DNA of 62,901 bases, the filler included, from Perkinsus chesapeaki ATCC PRA-425 (Eukaryota; Protista; Perkinsozoa), in the NCBI GenBank assembly GCA_013115145.1. It is 18 parts of 18 records of this genome, joined end to end, with 100 filler letters (N's around TTAATTAATTAA, not from the genome) between each part and the next. Parts side by side here need not be neighbours in the genome. Positions count along the whole stretch, not along the records: positions 51,693 to 60,005 come from JAAPAO010000982.1; positions 60,106 to 61,436 come from JAAPAO010002036.1; positions 61,537 to 62,901 come from JAAPAO010002015.1; 15 more parts are not named here. One strand, written 5' to 3'. A program made the position numbers and the translations under genes. Positions 58,392 to 62,901 of the stretch are shown here, piece after piece (position 1 is the first letter of the stretch; each line of letters starts with the position of its first letter). Under the pieces are notes generated by a model, which saw only the letters and a list, made by a program, of their open reading frames with translations, searched no databases and was not told the DNA's origin.

Positions 58392-59800
58392 TCACATAAA
58401 ATCGTTCAAGTCTTCAACCTTCTGATAAGGTCTAGTGTAATTGCCGAGTGATGAAGAATATTCATTTATCAAATAATAGTCCTTCTCATCAAGCTCGAAA
58501 TCGAGGATGTCCAAATTCTCCTTCATTCGACTTTTCTTGTGGCTCATTGGAATGATGACGAGCTCTTGCTGCAAAGCCCAGCGAAGGAGAACCTACAGAA
58601 TACAGTCAACGGTGAACAGAGAGTTAGCTTCAGACTTGAGCTGGTGTTTTGTTGTATTTATTGCCAACAGAAGCGAGTACTTCTGAAGTAGTAAACTCTT
58701 TAGCTCGCTGTGGCCCACCAAGGGAGCCATAAGCCGTCACAACAATACCTGTTCTAGAGGGTATTTGGAACTTATTATTTATACGCATACCATTTTCTCG
58801 GCAATAATTAATCAGTTGAGTTTCAGGAAGTGAAGGATGAACCTCGAACTGGTTAGTAGCTGGAGGCCAGATCGACGCGAACTGTTTGAGCTCTTCGAGA
58901 TGACGCGTGCCGAAATTGCTGACTCCGATACTTCGAACCTACGATCTGAAAGTTTTGTAAATCGAAAGCGAGATCAGGTACCAAGCCAGCGTGCACCATC
59001 TGTTCCATAGCTGCCCATGTGCCAAGCCTGCAGATCTGCCAACTACCGTCTTCAGTTGTACCTGAAACCATTTGATTGTCTCATGGTGAATACTAGCTGC
59101 ATTTCGATTAATGGCCCCCAAGTCGGCCTAGGCTAACCCGTATTCATTAAATACTATCTAATCCCAATGCGGTATCGGAGATGTATTATTCCCAATTCGA
59201 CACCTCAATTTCGACATAGACGAATGGTATGAAATTAACCGCTCTGGTCGCTCTGTTTCCTATCGTGATTCAATAGGCTTAACTCCCTCCACACCTCGCC
59301 CGTTCAACAACTCTACATTATGAACCAGAATACTTCTAATCCTAGATCTTGTACACTTCTTCCAATTACCACACCCGGAAATTAATTAAGTTGAAGTAGT
59401 GAAAAACTATTGAGGAGTATTGCAGGCCTACATGGCATTGTCATTCCTAATAGAGATGGCCAATGTATGAGGACCATATCGATATAACCCAAATCGATCT
59501 CTTCATTAATCTCCAAGATTGCCATAAACGAAGACTCATAGCCCATTCTGTTCGGTGGTATTTTTGACGTTATAAATATCTCTTCGCGAGGGATGCCAGA
59601 TTTCCTCACCGCTCTTCCCACAGCAGCCTGATTGTCATATCTAAAAAGCTCGTCTCTGGTTACACAAAGTCCTCCATGCTTCCCACATAGCCACGAGTTT
59701 GATAGAATGTCTGATAAAGACTAACGCACGAAAGGAGACAGGCGGCGAATCTATCCACAGATTCTTAAGGAACGGTGTGGCTCGTACGAACTTCAGTTGA
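58392..59800 (-). CDS. Aldo-keto reductase (2,5-DKG reductase-like), multi-exon
   Basis: YDNQAAVGRAVRKSGIPREEIFITSK, DLGYIDMVLIHWP, TWAAMEQMVHAG, IGVSNFG, IPMSHKKSRMKENLDILDFELD; 5' end approximate. Confidence 0.92.
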
Positions 59801-60105
59801 AGTGTGACGAACAATCCAGTCGAGCTTGCTCGTTTAGAATATATCATCTCAAATCGGTTGAAGCATCTCACAAGAATACAAGCTAGTTGCAGGGTTTTGA
59901 TTCAATGTTGACTTACGACATCGCAGTGTCAATATGGCGACCACCAAGTTGTAAATAATCCAACACCATCCTCTCTACATCATCTTGATCGTTATTATGT
60001 CCGAGNNNNNNNNNNNNNNNNNNNNNNNNNNNNNNNNNNNNNNNNNNNNTTAATTAATTAANNNNNNNNNNNNNNNNNNNNNNNNNNNNNNNNNNNNNNN
60101 NNNNN

Positions 60106-61436
60106 GCCGCTCCACAACGGCCTTACCAGTTCCAAGATACGGCCGCCACTCTCCTAAGGGATTTCCCTCCTTCTTGTCGTTCTTGGTACTCCAAAATCGA
60201 TTTGACTGATGCCTTCAGCAGCATTGGCATCTCTCCCCAACTAGGCGACAAGCTTTTCGGGATTCGCATCTCAGTCCCAGGAGAGGAGCGCCCCCGTCTC
60301 TATGCTGGCCGATGCCTTATTCAGGGCTCGAGGTGGAGCAGCCTCATATTTGCTAGGGCAGTCCGACACATTCTGAACAAGCTCACCCTACCACCCGGTA
60401 CCCATATCTGCCATGTCCAGGACGATGTCATCATCGGGGCCCATTGCAAAGAAGCATGCTTGTCTTTACAACGACAAGTCATTGAGCTCTTCAAGAACCA
60501 CGACTTCACGGTTCGTGAGGACAAGTGCGATGATGGCCCTACCATCACCTTCTGCGGTCTCAAGGCTGACTCCTACGCCATCCTACCTTCACCTAAGCAT
60601 CCTATCGACGACAAGGCCATTGCGCACTGTTTGAAGGAACTAAATGACATCATCACCATTGACGACCTTCTAGGCTTACTTCGCCGCTGGGCGGGTATTT
60701 TTCAGAACTGCAAGCAATGGTTACCACCCTCCGGTCAAGCAGCACTCTCCGATCTTTACAGCCTCATTGGTAAGGCGTCACAGTGCGACGCCGATCTCGA
60801 CGACATCCTCTGCGGCGCCAACCCACCCCTTCGTTCCCTCGGACACCTTTACGTTCGTGGGCTGCCTAGCCTCTATCTCTTCCGTCCTTGGGCGGTAGCT
60901 ACCCTTCTTGTCACTGACGCCAATATCGACAACTGGGCAGGTGTCGCTCTAACGGTAATCCAGGTCCCGTCCGATTTCCTCAACAACTCAAATATACCAA
61001 ACTTCGGCGCTCACTTCGACGACCTGACTGATTTATGCCTGCAAGAAGGAATCGTCACGGCTCGCGATGGCCACCAGATACTATGCCTGCCTGCGGTCTT
61101 CGACGGCGGTTCCTTCCATAGTAACTCGTTTCCCGGATCTTCCCTGGCGATGACCCGCTCTTCCACATTCCGCGAGCGAGCGGCGCAGATTCTTTTCGCC
61201 AATCGGAACTCTGGTATCCTAGCGGGTTCTGTCTACGGTGTGACCGACAATGCTAACACCACGAAGGAATGGCAATCGGCCGTTACTGATTTCTGCGGTG
61301 CATGGCACTCTCTTTACTCCAACTACATCTCTATGGTAGAAAGGATTCTATGGTTACCGAGAACATCTCCCACGGTCACCCTCATTGACGCTATCGCTAG
61401 AGATTGCTCTACCCTAGATGACGATCCGGAAGCCGC
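60106..61436 (+). mobile_element. Retroelement RT plus RNase H, uninterrupted ORF, partial at both ends
   Basis: SKIDLTDAFSSI, LIQGSRWSSLIF, HVQDDVII, EDKC...ITFCG; RNase H LVTDAN, STFRERAA, GVTDN, IDAIAR. Confidence 0.88.
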
Positions 61437-61536
61437 NNNNNNNNNNNNNNNNNNNNNNNNNNNNNNNNNNNNNNNNNNNNTTAATTAATTAANNNNNNNN
61501 NNNNNNNNNNNNNNNNNNNNNNNNNNNNNNNNNNNN

Positions 61537-61755
61537 TAATAATAATAGCAACAGTAACAGTAATAATAATAGCAACAGTAACAGTAATAATAATAGCAAC
61601 AGTAACAGTAATAATAATAGCAACAGTAACAGTAATAATAATAGCAACAGTAACAGTAATAATAATAGCAACAGTAACAGTAATAATAATAGGAACAGTA
61701 AGAGTAGTAATAATAGGAACAGTAAGAGTAGTAATAATAGGAACAGTAAGAGTAG
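61537..61755. repeat. 24-bp tandem repeat with a polar variant block
   Basis: Six copies of TAATAATAATAGCAACAGTAACAG (61537-61680), then three TAATAATAGGAACAGTAAGAGTAG-type units. Confidence 0.96.
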
Positions 61756-61776
61756 TAATAATAAGTGTAATTACTA

Positions 61777-62470
61777 CTTTTCCATTATTTTTAATTAATA
61801 GTACATACGGTCTACCATCATTAATTATTCCTAACCTTTTTTCAAGCCATTCCTACTAAACATTCCTATTATTATTTTATCAACTTATTTCCAACTTATA
61901 TTGTTACTTTATCAGTATATGTAACTAATACGTTATCAAGTGGTGGTAATGTTGTTGTTGATGTAACATTATTATTATTCTGTAATTTAACCCAGTCTCT
62001 ACATCTTTTAATCCAAAAATAACTCCATAACCACTTTAACCTATAACAATTATATTATTATAAATACTAAAAACAATACTACTACCTTCCAAATACCCAT
62101 AAATAATATAATTGTGGATGTGGCGGTGTTGTTGGATCATTAAATAATAATGATGGTGGTATATCCTCCTTATCTGTTGTATTCATATTATGTTCTTTTA
62201 ATATTGATTTATGAGCAACTTGTACTAATTGTGTTACTTTATTATATAATACATTCCATGTCCCTACTAACATTTGTTAATAATAATAATACTGCTATTA
62301 CTTGCTTCCCAATGATGATTATTTTTAAACATAAGTAATACAATATGAAATCCAGGTGGTAGATAATCCGGTAATTTAACCTTTTTTGAATCTTTAACTA
62401 CTTTAACATTTAATTTTGGAAATCTTCTTAGACCTACTGGTACAGCTCTACCATAGTGTGCAGTACTCAT
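61777..62470 (-). CDS. ATP10-like (mitochondrial ATP synthase assembly, thioredoxin-like) protein, multi-exon, partial
   Basis: RFPKLNVKVVKDSKKVKLPDYLPPGFHIVLLMF, TWNVLYNKV, LKWLWSYFWIKRCR and LGIINDGRPYVLLIKNNGK follow the ATP10 pattern FPxL...LP...lvxF and LGxxN...YvxLvdxxGk. Confidence 0.6.
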
Positions 62471-62901
62471 AATAATAATAACAACAACTAATAATAATGA
62501 TGTGTTGCTGCAGGCTGCCACGGTCACTGATGTGTACGGGTGGTGTAGCTTGGCACGGTTTGCCTGATGGTGGTGCCTTGATGGCAGCCGTTGATCGCTA
62601 ACTGTTGACAGGCTATGCGCTTAGTACCACGATATTGGAAGCCCTCCTCTGGCCTGCCCCCCCCTCCCCCCCGCCGGGAGGAAGGACTAAACGGGTAAAT
62701 AATAAATTATGCCTTCTCATGCATGATTAAATGATGATGTTCATCTTGTTGTTATTTGTTTCTCCTCGAATGTGTAAGTAGCATCGTAATTCATCGAATA
62801 ATAACAATAATAATGTAATTGCTAGGTTTCATCATCATCATTACAACCTATCATATCTGTCGGGATGACCTACTAACAAGATAATATAACTATACTACTA
62901 T

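Noticed and set aside
61489-61671. Poly-Leu ORF
   Set aside because: Reverse reading of the 24-bp tandem repeat.

Overview
This is not one locus. It is 18 short eukaryotic contigs joined by 100-nt artificial spacers (N-run, TTAATTAATTAA, N-run), plus one plain N gap at 56072-56165, so gene neighbourhood only means something within a contig. Short GT-AG introns, alveolate-type proteins and the repeat content point to a Perkinsus-like protist (inference). Recognisable host genes: two dynein heavy-chain pieces, a mitochondrial-type SHMT, tandem DASS/DiT-like carboxylate transporters, a papain-family protease, two divergent ubiquitin-like genes, enolase, a SAYSvFN (SAYSD1) protein with a spliced-on SEC-C motif, a COPI-associated protein, two GNAT genes with apparent signal peptides, an aldo-keto reductase and an ATP10-like gene. 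Mobile DNA: two related BEL/Pao LTR elements, a PIF/Harbinger element interrupting one of them, and Ty3/gypsy, non-LTR, MULE-like and Tc1/IS630-like remnants. The most notable observations are (i) a ~575-codon extra ORF between integrase and the putative PPT/LTR of a BEL/Pao element, broken by one TAA-CAA, with a relic in the second copy; (ii) tandem, apparently secreted GNAT acetyltransferases; (iii) a very AT-rich, probably mitochondrial contig in which most GC-rich words are paired as inverted repeats; (iv) spliced-leader-like relics; (v) an orphan SHMT exon fragment with only synonymous changes. All annotation is by eye, without database searches.
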